DNA of 64,000 bases, taken from an uncultured Candidatus Saccharibacteria bacterium. GTDB taxonomy: Bacteria > Patescibacteriota > Saccharimonadia > Saccharimonadales > JAGQNJ01. The notes under the pieces were generated by a model. It had not been told where the DNA came from. It did not search any database and saw only the letters and a program-made list of their open reading frames with translations. Made by a program: the position numbers and the translations under genes. Position 1 is the stretch's first letter. Every line of letters starts with the position of its first letter. The stretch spans positions 5,915 to 69,914 of the forward strand of contig CAZOUW010000002.1 in assembly GCA_964583075.1 (NCBI GenBank). The letters run 5' to 3'. This document shows, in pieces, positions 32,221 to 39,858 of this stretch.

Positions 32221-32661
32221 GGCTTTTTTATGCCGTCGGATTTCTATGAACGTAAGTGCCGTAATGACCAGGAAAGACAAAAAAGACATAAAAGGAATAG
32301 TGATAAAACCAAACCAGTTAATCTGCGGTACGGCACAAGAACTATCTATTGAACAAGTTTTAATTGCTTCTTCTATTATGCCCCATTGTAAGAGTGAATG
32401 GTAGAAAGCGATCATCGATCCGACAAGGCTAAGCGGCAACACATAATAGGCCGCATTATTGTCTTTACGGTAAACACCGACACCTAATATAAATGCGAGT
32501 GGAAACATAAATATCCTTTGATACCAACACAAGGCACACGGTACCAAATCCATCACCTCACTAAGCACCATACTGCCTAGTGAAGCCCCGATTGCTACTA
32601 GCCAAGCAATAAAAACCAAATTATTTAAAAACAAAGTATGTATTTGTTTCGTTTTAATCAT
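32206..32661 (-). CDS. dsbB: Disulfide bond formation protein B (DsbB/BdbC-like)
   Basis: PCALCWYQRIFMFPL, second Cys pair, FGFITIPFMS; last 4 codons and stop lie inside IR1. Confidence 0.9.
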   Translation of the reverse strand: MIKTKQIHTLFLNNLVFIAWLVAIGASLGSMVLSEVMDLVPCALCWYQRIFMFPLAFILGVGVYRKDNNAAYYVLPLSLVGSMIAFYHSLLQWGIIEEAIKTCSIDSSCAVPQINWFGFITIPFMSFLSFLVITALTFIEIRRHKKANKNT

Positions 32662-32674
32662 ATATTTTATTCTA

Positions 32675-33847
32675 CTATTGTTTGCAGACTGGACAAACTT
32701 CTTCCTCGACAAACCCATACCGCCAGGTGATTAAAGCCTTCCGCAGTGGAAGAAATGATAGATATAATTTGAAGTCAGCCAACCGTCTTAATAGCCACCC
32801 TAACCGTCCATAGATACGAACCTTCCCCCACAGTACTGCAGCCCAATGCGGACCGACTGGGATAGCATAAATTGGGCGTTTCGGTTTATAACTATATAAG
32901 GTTTGTCTTTTCGATTTTCTAAGCAAGTTTTCTGCAACAAATTTTGCATCGTGAATTGCGGTCTGCGCCATACCAGCGTAGGTAGTCGAGGCACTGTCGC
33001 CAATCACATAGATATTTTGGTTAGCTTGGAGAAATTGATCTACCTCAACTCGACCTGACTTACCTTGCCTAAACAGTTTTCCAGATTGACTAAAAAATGG
33101 GTTATTGACTACTCCCGCTGTCCATATAACGGTATGTGACTTGATCGGTCCTCTAGGTAAGTAAATGCCATCGAGTGTCTCTGATTTAACTGATGCTTCC
33201 AGCTTAGTCTTTACGCCCACCTTTTTAAGCCGATTTAGAACGTCAGTCGAAAAATCTTCTGGCATTGAAGCAAGAACCCTAGGAGCAGCTTCAACTAAAT
33301 TAACCGTAAAAGGGGCTTTTATCTTGTGCTTTTTTCGTATCTTTTTTAGATATGCTACCAGTTCAGCACTGAGTTCCACGCCGGTTGCTCCAGCTCCGAT
33401 CACCACATAATTTCTTTCCGTCTCTGTAGCCAACAACTGTTCATGCATATGGCGTTTTAGCTGTAATGCTTCGTGAACCGTCTTCACACCGTAAGAGAAC
33501 CTCTCAAGCCCCCTGATATTATAAAATTCGGTCACATTACCCAACGCTAGTATCAGCTCCTCATATGTATACTTCGAGCCTGATTCGCCTGAAATAAACT
33601 TTTTTTGTTTGTCGATTGTTGTAACTGTGTCCTCAATTACCTCAACATTTTTTGCATAAGCAAAAAAATCACGCAGCGGTATGGCTACTTCTAGTGGCGA
33701 ACGTCCAGTAGCTGATCGATACAGCGCAGCGTGATACTCAAAATAACTCTGGCTAGAAATCAATTTTACTTCCACTCCTGATTTATTCGACAAGGATAAT
33801 GCAGCTCGTACACCACCAAACCCGCCGCCAACAATAACGACCTTCAT
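32675..33847 (-). CDS. Type II NADH:quinone oxidoreductase-like flavoprotein
   Basis: GGGFGG, IGAGATGVELSAE, WTAGV, GD and AQTA motifs; C-terminal CPVC. Confidence 0.85.
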   Translation of the reverse strand: MKVVIVGGGFGGVRAALSLSNKSGVEVKLISSQSYFEYHAALYRSATGRSPLEVAIPLRDFFAYAKNVEVIEDTVTTIDKQKKFISGESGSKYTYEELILALGNVTEFYNIRGLERFSYGVKTVHEALQLKRHMHEQLLATETERNYVVIGAGATGVELSAELVAYLKKIRKKHKIKAPFTVNLVEAAPRVLASMPEDFSTDVLNRLKKVGVKTKLEASVKSETLDGIYLPRGPIKSHTVIWTAGVVNNPFFSQSGKLFRQGKSGRVEVDQFLQANQNIYVIGDSASTTYAGMAQTAIHDAKFVAENLLRKSKRQTLYSYKPKRPIYAIPVGPHWAAVLWGKVRIYGRLGWLLRRLADFKLYLSFLPLRKALITWRYGFVEEEVCPVCKQ

Positions 33848-35506
33848 TTAAAAACTCTTTCTGATGTGGATTTGCGAAAACTCCAAACTAGCATCGGTTT
33901 TTTTGTGTGGATTAAATATGTTATCAGGATCAAACAGTTTCTTCACAGTTTTGAATATCTGCATCATTTCTGGAGAGTACATATACTCAAGCATCGGACC
34001 ACGTATCATACCGTCGTTATGCTCACCAGATAACGAGCCATTGTATTGTAATACCAAATCCGTAACCTCTTCGAGAGCTGGATATATCTTGTGTCTTTCG
34101 GATTCAACACGTAAATCCATTAGTGGGATGATATGGAAATTTCCATCTCCCATATGCCCAGCAACGGTGTAAAGCAATTTATATCGCTCTAATATTTCGG
34201 TTAAGCGTGGTAAAAATTCAGGTAGCGTTTCCGGAGGTACTATCAAGTCATCAATAAAAGGGGCGGTGTGTTTACGTTTAACGTTTTTTCTAAGCAAGTT
34301 AAAGCTTTCTCGGCGCATTGTCCAAAACTTCTCTTCCTGATGCCTATCTTCGGCCAATTGGGTCTCAATGTTCTTACTCTGCATCATCTGTTGTAACTGA
34401 TGTATCTTTCTGTCTATTTCATTTTGTTCTGTAGCTTCAAACTCGCACAAGAGGATTATTTTTGGAAAACTGGGCAAAAACCGAAGTAAATGTTTTAAAA
34501 CTGGTAAGAAACTTAAGCCAAGTAATATAAACCGCTTCCAACCTAAAGTTTTACGAAAACTAAAGAAAAACCTGAAAGCAAACTTGAGTGTATGGTCGTC
34601 AAACGACTCCAAACTTGTTGGCCTCATTGGCAATATATCGTTAATTATTTCACCGAGTCCATCGAGATTTTTTAGAAAAATCACTACCATCCCCGAGAGT
34701 GGCTTAGCCGGAACAAGCCGAAAAGTAGCTTCAGTTATTAGACCCAGTGTACCCTGAGAGCCAACGATGATCTTTGTCATGTCAAACGCTTCTCCGTCCC
34801 AAACATCCCAAATATTGTAAGCAGTTGAGTTTTTGCTGACCTTGGGCTTTGATGCCTTAATTATTTCTTGATTTTCCGTGACCAATTTATAAATCCCACG
34901 GTATAAATCGCCTTCTAAACCAGTCTCGTTTAACTTTTGTTTCAATGTTTTTTTATCAATAGCTTGAAATGTATGCTCTTTGCCGTCTCTCAGCACAATC
35001 TTGACCTGTTTTACATACCGATCTGTTTTGCCATATATCAGAGATTTTTCACCGCCAGCATTGTTTGCCACCATACCACCGATCATACATAAATCTTTTG
35101 ATGCGGGATATGATGGCATTATTAACCCCTGCTCCAATGTCTTGGGTTCAAAATCACGATAGTAAACGCCAGGCTGTACGGTAACTTCATTATCTTTGAT
35201 TTGCCCAACCTGTGTAAAGTAGCGCCCATATGCCACGATAATAGACTCGTTAATAGCTCCGCCGGACATATCTGTACCGCCGCTGCGACCAGTCAGTGAA
35301 AGATCAGGGTGCGATAGTTTATTCTTAGACACATGTTCTACTAGGTTGCAAATGTCTGTTACGTCTCGTGGATAAGCTATTGCTTCAGGTTTAATCTCAA
35401 ACAAACTGGCGTCGTGGCTATATAAACCACGCGCATGTCTATCTACTTCTATATTGCCCTTGAAAAATCTTTTGATGTCCTCGTGGAGGTGGGTAAATTT
35501 ACCCAT
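33848..35506 (-). CDS. FAD-binding oxidoreductase, GlcD/D-lactate dehydrogenase family
   Basis: RSGGTDMSG, IGGMVANNAGG, GSQGTLG, GHMGDGNFH, SGEHNDG, FDPDNIFNP. Confidence 0.88.
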   Translation of the reverse strand: MGKFTHLHEDIKRFFKGNIEVDRHARGLYSHDASLFEIKPEAIAYPRDVTDICNLVEHVSKNKLSHPDLSLTGRSGGTDMSGGAINESIIVAYGRYFTQVGQIKDNEVTVQPGVYYRDFEPKTLEQGLIMPSYPASKDLCMIGGMVANNAGGEKSLIYGKTDRYVKQVKIVLRDGKEHTFQAIDKKTLKQKLNETGLEGDLYRGIYKLVTENQEIIKASKPKVSKNSTAYNIWDVWDGEAFDMTKIIVGSQGTLGLITEATFRLVPAKPLSGMVVIFLKNLDGLGEIINDILPMRPTSLESFDDHTLKFAFRFFFSFRKTLGWKRFILLGLSFLPVLKHLLRFLPSFPKIILLCEFEATEQNEIDRKIHQLQQMMQSKNIETQLAEDRHQEEKFWTMRRESFNLLRKNVKRKHTAPFIDDLIVPPETLPEFLPRLTEILERYKLLYTVAGHMGDGNFHIIPLMDLRVESERHKIYPALEEVTDLVLQYNGSLSGEHNDGMIRGPMLEYMYSPEMMQIFKTVKKLFDPDNIFNPHKKTDASLEFSQIHIRKSF

Positions 35507-35516
35507 TGATTACCTC

Positions 35517-36056
35517 CTATTCGAGTATTGGAAATCGTTTGACCAAAGACTGTTTAACCCACCAGCTCCGCAAACCCCAAACCTGTCTGTCATTTGCAGC
35601 TAACAAGCCCAGTAAGACCACGGAGTAAATGACGTGATCGTCTATAATCGGGTTATTTTCAGGTAATATCATTGCCGACCACATCATCATAAACAGCAAT
35701 ACCCCTGAGATTGTTGCTATTCTCATACCGATACCGGCTATTAGTGCAAACCCAATAAGCAAAAGTCCTGCCATAAACAGTACATCAACAAAGGTATTGC
35801 CAGCTAAGCCCTGATAGAAATCAGCAAATGGTCCCTTAGTAGCAAATTCTAAGAATCCAGTGGTTGGTGAACCACCGTTTATCCAAGCTTTTTCACATAA
35901 CATAGTTACAGTATTAGTTTCGGCATCTCGACAGGTAGCGAAGCCTAGGCCAAGCAGCTTATCGAAAAATGCCCACAACAGCGTGAATCCGAGTAAAATA
36001 CGAGCCATTGCCCAGAAGTATGGTGATTTATCATTTGTTGAATTTTGTTTTGCCAT
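35517..36056 (-). CDS. DoxX/DoxD-like membrane protein (thiosulfate:quinone oxidoreductase small-subunit family)
   Basis: RILLGF.LLWAFFDKLLG, AWINGGSPT.GFL, NPIIDDH motifs. Confidence 0.75.
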   Translation of the reverse strand: MAKQNSTNDKSPYFWAMARILLGFTLLWAFFDKLLGLGFATCRDAETNTVTMLCEKAWINGGSPTTGFLEFATKGPFADFYQGLAGNTFVDVLFMAGLLLIGFALIAGIGMRIATISGVLLFMMMWSAMILPENNPIIDDHVIYSVVLLGLLAANDRQVWGLRSWWVKQSLVKRFPILE

Positions 36057-36193
36057 ATTAATCCTTGCTTAACGTTAACGCTTATCTATAGTAAGTATAG
36101 CTTCAGAAGCTTTTATATTCAAGATTCAAGTGCTGGGCAGAGCCATTAATAACCACTTACTTTATAGCGCTAACTCTGACTGTTAGAGTGCTT

Positions 36194-36479
36194 AACAAAA
36201 ATACTTAAAAACACTGTGAGTGATCTAACGCACATACTTGTAATATTAACCAGCCAAGCCCCAGCCACTTCTGCGCTATGCGCAGGCGAACCGACAAAAA
36301 TACCGACTTTTCATTTAGAAAAATAAGGAACGGCGGGAAAATCTAAAAATTCAAAGGCGGTTTTCTGGCGGGGCGCAACGGGCAGACTTGCCCGCAAGGC
36401 AGCAGGGCTGAGCTTAGGTTCTCGCTTTTCAGCTTTTTGAGATAAAATAGGTTCTAACCTCATCGTATAGAGGCACCAA
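36194..36479 (-). repeat. IR1 right copy (286 bp)
   Basis: Reverse complement of 31935-32220. Confidence 0.95.
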
Positions 36480-36612
36480 GAAAGTACTAAAATCGGAATT
36501 GCGGCGCAAATGCGCCGTTTTTTCTTTGGTTGCGCGAAGCGCCAACCAAGGATTTTTCAGAGGGGGAGAAATATTTGGGGCGGCCGCTGGCTGCGCCTTC
36601 TTGGATTTTAGA
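36474..36612 (-). repeat. IR2 left copy (139 bp, P arm = copy of recombinase 3' coding end); with IR1 right copy forms a complete inverted attP (36194-36612)
   Basis: Reverse complement of 38149-38287 with 3 mismatches at 36591-36600; shares the 6-bp core with IR1. Confidence 0.92.
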
Positions 36613-36629
36613 CCGCCATTGGTGGTTTT

Positions 36630-36757
36630 TGCTATACTGGAGTTGGACACAATCAAAGCGGAATAGCTATTTTAATTGGCTCAGATAGCCGTCTCGTACA
36701 ATTTGGTTATTCCGGATTGTGTCCAGCGAGGCGGCTATTTGAGTTCAAGGGGGTGTT
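36630..36757 (+). promoter_or_regulatory. Recombinase promoter (TGcTATACT) and structured two-state 5' UTR
   Basis: Extended -10 at 36630-36638; stem 36642-36678/36699-36727; alternative 18-bp helix 36679-36696/36727-36744; AAGGGGG RBS before ATG 36758. Confidence 0.7.
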
Positions 36758-38503
36758 ATGAGTAAGTGGTACACTTATGCTAGAAAATCAACAGACGTTG
36801 AAGATAAACAAGTTTTATCCATTGAAGCACAATTGGTTGAACTCCGGGAGTTTGCCAAGCGAGAGGGTTTAGATATAGCCGCCGAGTTTGTCGAGAAACA
36901 ATCCGCTAAAAGTCCAGGTCGTCCGGTTTTTGGCAAATTACTGACTGAAATTGAAAAATCTGGCGGTAATATACTCGCTTGGCATCCAGACAGGCTTGCC
37001 CGCAATTCCATTGACGGCGGACAGATTGTCTACTTACTGGACAGTGGCAAGCTGGACAACCTGAAGTTCCCGTCATTTTGGTTTGAAAATACTTCTCAAG
37101 GCAAATTTATGCTGAGTATTGCTTTTGGTCAAAGCAAATACTATGTAGACAATCTGTCCGAGAACACCAAGCGTGGACTTCGCCAAAAAGTCCGAATGGG
37201 ACTTTATCCGGGCTGTGCGCCCGTTGGATATATAAATGATGTCCGCAGTAAAAGCATTGTCATAGACAAACGGCTTGCGCCGGTTGTTGTTTCCGCTTTT
37301 GAGCTGTATGCCAAAGGCGAGAGCCGGCTGGAAGATATTGCAGTTTTTCTTAAAAGCAAAGGCGTTGCCACCAAAAGCGGCAAACAACTAAGCAAAGACC
37401 AGATCAAACGGATATTGACCAATCCGTTTTACTACGGACACTTCAAATTCTTAGGCGAAGTCCACGAGGGCAAGCATAAACCAATTGTGCCTAAAAAACT
37501 GTTTGACCAAGTACAAACAGTTTTAAGCCGTAGAGGGCGACCACAAAAAGGAAAAACCACCCCGCAAATCTTTTGCGGTTTGCTGGCCTGCGCTTCTTGC
37601 GGATTATCCGTAACTGGCGAGCACAAAATAAAACGTCAGAAAAATGGCAATATCCATGAGTATATTTATTATAGGTGCACCAAAAAGCGCAAAGATTTCA
37701 AATGCTTAGAACCTGCTGTTACCCAAAGTGATTTAACAGAGCAATTATCTAGCTTATTGACTGAATATGCCATGCCAAAGGCATGGGCCAGCAAACTTGA
37801 AGCTATGCTTCAAGAAGATGAAAAGGAAGTCAACCAAACTGTTTCAGTGTTTGTAGCTAACGCCCAAACACGACTTGTTAGTTTGCAAGGTAAACTCCAG
37901 CGACTTTTAGATGGTTATTTAGACCAAGACATTGAGCAAAGTGTTTATCGAGCTAAACAAGCTGGGTTGATGTCCGAGAAAAAGTCGCTGGAAGAGCAAG
38001 TCAGCAAACTCACGCTTGCCGGAAGCAGTTGGATAGAACCTATGCGCCAATGGATAAAACAGGCTGTTTCAAACGGTGAAACAGCCAAAAAAGCCGAGCC
38101 AAGTGCCATAAAGGAAGCACTAACTAAAATGGAAGGATTGAACCTATTTCTAAAATCCAAAAAGGCACGGCCAGCGGCCGCCCCAAATATTTCTCCCCCT
38201 CTGAAAAATCCTTGGTTGGCGCTTCGCGCAACCAAAGAAAAAACGGCGCATTTGCGCCGCAATTCCGATTTTAGTACTTTCTTGGTGGGCGAGAAAGGAC
38301 TTGAACCTTCACGCCTTGCGGCACTAGTTCCTAAGACTAGCGTGTCTACCAATTCCACCACTCGCCCACGATACCAAATTGTTAAATACCGATGTATTTT
38401 ACCCTATGCGACGGTAAAATACCAGTGTCGAATCGCCATACTCTTTCTTTGTCCTCAAATTAAAACCCTCGCCAAGATTCACTTCGACATCTGGTGGAAG
38501 TGA
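36758..38503 (+). CDS. Large serine recombinase (integrase); C-terminal 71 aa read antisense through tRNA-Leu
   Basis: YARKS catalytic Ser, DRLARN, recombinase domain, CASCG...YYRC...C zinc ribbon, coiled coil. Confidence 0.93.
   Translation: MSKWYTYARKSTDVEDKQVLSIEAQLVELREFAKREGLDIAAEFVEKQSAKSPGRPVFGKLLTEIEKSGGNILAWHPDRLARNSIDGGQIVYLLDSGKLDNLKFPSFWFENTSQGKFMLSIAFGQSKYYVDNLSENTKRGLRQKVRMGLYPGCAPVGYINDVRSKSIVIDKRLAPVVVSAFELYAKGESRLEDIAVFLKSKGVATKSGKQLSKDQIKRILTNPFYYGHFKFLGEVHEGKHKPIVPKKLFDQVQTVLSRRGRPQKGKTTPQIFCGLLACASCGLSVTGEHKIKRQKNGNIHEYIYYRCTKKRKDFKCLEPAVTQSDLTEQLSSLLTEYAMPKAWASKLEAMLQEDEKEVNQTVSVFVANAQTRLVSLQGKLQRLLDGYLDQDIEQSVYRAKQAGLMSEKKSLEEQVSKLTLAGSSWIEPMRQWIKQAVSNGETAKKAEPSAIKEALTKMEGLNLFLKSKKARPAAAPNISPPLKNPWLALRATKEKTAHLRRNSDFSTFLVGEKGLEPSRLAALVPKTSVSTNSTTRPRYQIVKYRCILPYATVKYQCRIAILFLCPQIKTLAKIHFDIWWK
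38149..38287 (+). repeat. IR2 right copy (139 bp) ending in the TTGGTG core at the tRNA 3' end
   Basis: Reverse complement of 36474-36612 (3 mismatches). Confidence 0.92.
38283..38367 (-). tRNA. tRNA-Leu(UAG)
   Basis: GGGCGAG..TGGTAGACACG-CTAGT-CT-TAG-GA-ACTAG, long variable arm, GGTTCAAGTCC, CTCGCCC-A-CCA. Confidence 0.97.
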
Positions 38504-38932
38504 TATAACCACCATACCCCCTAGTTTGGTACATTGTGATACTTTCTGTACCCGGGTAATGCTTACATCGTCATACGGCGGGTCACACACAACAATATCA
38601 AAGTATTTGTCGGGGTTATTATCTATCCAAGAAGTTATGTTCGCTCGAGTTACCTTCAATGACGCGTCCAGATTTTTAGAATTTGTGCTGATTACCTCAG
38701 AAGCCTTCTTGTCTGAATCTATTGCAACCACGCCCACAGCTCCCCGACTAATTGCTTCAAGGGCAATCGCACCACTTCCACTATAAGCATCTAGCAGGGT
38801 CAGGCCAGATATATCACCCAGTATATTAAAGATCGCTCCACGCATCTTTTCGCTCATTGGGTGAGTTTTATGCCCACTTGGAGAGTCAAAAGTTCTGCCA
38901 CCTAACCTGCCAGCAATAACCCTCAATCTCAC
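38399..38932 (-). CDS. rsmD: 16S rRNA m2G966 methyltransferase
   Basis: LRVIAG, LDAYSGSGAIALEAISRGA, DPPY. Confidence 0.92.
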   Translation of the reverse strand: MRLRVIAGRLGGRTFDSPSGHKTHPMSEKMRGAIFNILGDISGLTLLDAYSGSGAIALEAISRGAVGVVAIDSDKKASEVISTNSKNLDASLKVTRANITSWIDNNPDKYFDIVVCDPPYDDVSITRVQKVSQCTKLGGMVVISLPPDVEVNLGEGFNLRTKKEYGDSTLVFYRRIG

Positions 38933-39756
38933 TCCTCGATCTCCGGAGTAATCAACTTTGCCTCGACTAATGCCAGATACCAGATTAATGCCACCGTACG
39001 CGCAATCGTCGGCGCAAGCTTGCTACGTACATCGACTATTAGCTTCGTAGACCAACCACGCTTCCTAAAGCGTTCGTACATATCAAGAACGGCAATTTCG
39101 CGAGCTGTGCGACGAAACAGCTCTAGCGGACCAACATCGAGTGCTGTAGCGATCTCGTGGTCTTTGGGTGCAGCCATACTCATACCGAGTGGCGCGATTA
39201 TTGTTGCAATTCCAATCTCAAATAAACCGTGCGTCGACATTAAACCTTTTGGTCCATAAACCTTCCAACTCCGCTTTATTGTTTCACGTTTCGTGGCACC
39301 TTGCGGAATAACTTTCTTACGGAAGGTTGTACGCGTTTCTTTAGCCTCTCCACGTATTTCGCTTAACTTTTCTTCGTAAGGATAGTGATGAGCGGGTGTC
39401 AGCCCATCAACGATAGCGTGCGCCAACCATGCAGCCTCAAAAGCAATGCGCTCTTGGTTATTTTTCTTTAATTCCTTTACTAACTGATTATAGTGATCAT
39501 GGATCAAGTCAATGAGCTCTGAGTCATTATTATCAAATGGACTGTAATAATGCCAGGGCTCATCTTTGGCCGGACTCTTGCGCTTAATTGCGTCAGGTCC
39601 CTTCCTACCTTCAAAATGTAAGATTTTTTTAGCGGACGGGAAAAGCTCTTTTTTTGGCAAAAGTTTCGCCAGTTGCTTACGAGCAACTCTGTCTAGTTTC
39701 TGGTGTGCACCGAGAATGCGGCCAGACATAGGTGTCAATGTTGTTCCAGAATACAT
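38929..39756 (-). CDS. Hypothetical protein with zinc-dependent phospholipase C / S1-P1 nuclease-like motifs
   Basis: H(QK), GPD, WHYY, AHAIVDGLTPAHH, HGLFE spacing. Confidence 0.55.
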   Translation of the reverse strand: MYSGTTLTPMSGRILGAHQKLDRVARKQLAKLLPKKELFPSAKKILHFEGRKGPDAIKRKSPAKDEPWHYYSPFDNNDSELIDLIHDHYNQLVKELKKNNQERIAFEAAWLAHAIVDGLTPAHHYPYEEKLSEIRGEAKETRTTFRKKVIPQGATKRETIKRSWKVYGPKGLMSTHGLFEIGIATIIAPLGMSMAAPKDHEIATALDVGPLELFRRTAREIAVLDMYERFRKRGWSTKLIVDVRSKLAPTIARTVALIWYLALVEAKLITPEIEE

Positions 39757-39858
39757 AAATACTACGAGACAAACCTGTAGGTTTTCTCATTAGGCCGTGC
39801 AAAAAAATCTGACTTTTTACTTAGGCCAATCTCTTCCCTTATTTGAAAAATATTCATG

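Larger units (their letters stand above)
31935..38287. mobile_element. Serine-recombinase island integrated at the 3' end of tRNA-Leu, with internal inverted attP
   Basis: Direct TTGGTG cores at 31935-31940 and 38282-38287 (overlapping the tRNA ACCA end); joining them gives the same junction seen inverted at 36474-36479; large serine recombinase gene inside. Confidence 0.8.

Noticed and set aside
36161-36195. CIRCE-like ACTC-N9-GAGTGCTTA next to IR1
   Set aside because: The left half matches only 4 of 9 positions.
36429-36656. 75-aa minus-strand ORF as an independent gene or RDF
   Set aside because: Mostly a copy of the recombinase 3' end plus the attP tail; its start lies in the recombinase UTR. 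Expression as a peptide is not supported.
31935-38287. Nested repeats as a pure assembly or MDA artefact, or as IS terminal repeats
   Set aside because: Repeat ends coincide with the tRNA CCA core, IR2 has 3 differences, the alternative C-terminus is in frame, and there is no transposase. Not fully excluded without reads.
37945-38361. 138-aa minus-strand ORF starting inside tRNA-Leu
   Set aside because: Its start is tRNA sequence and the rest is antisense to the recombinase.
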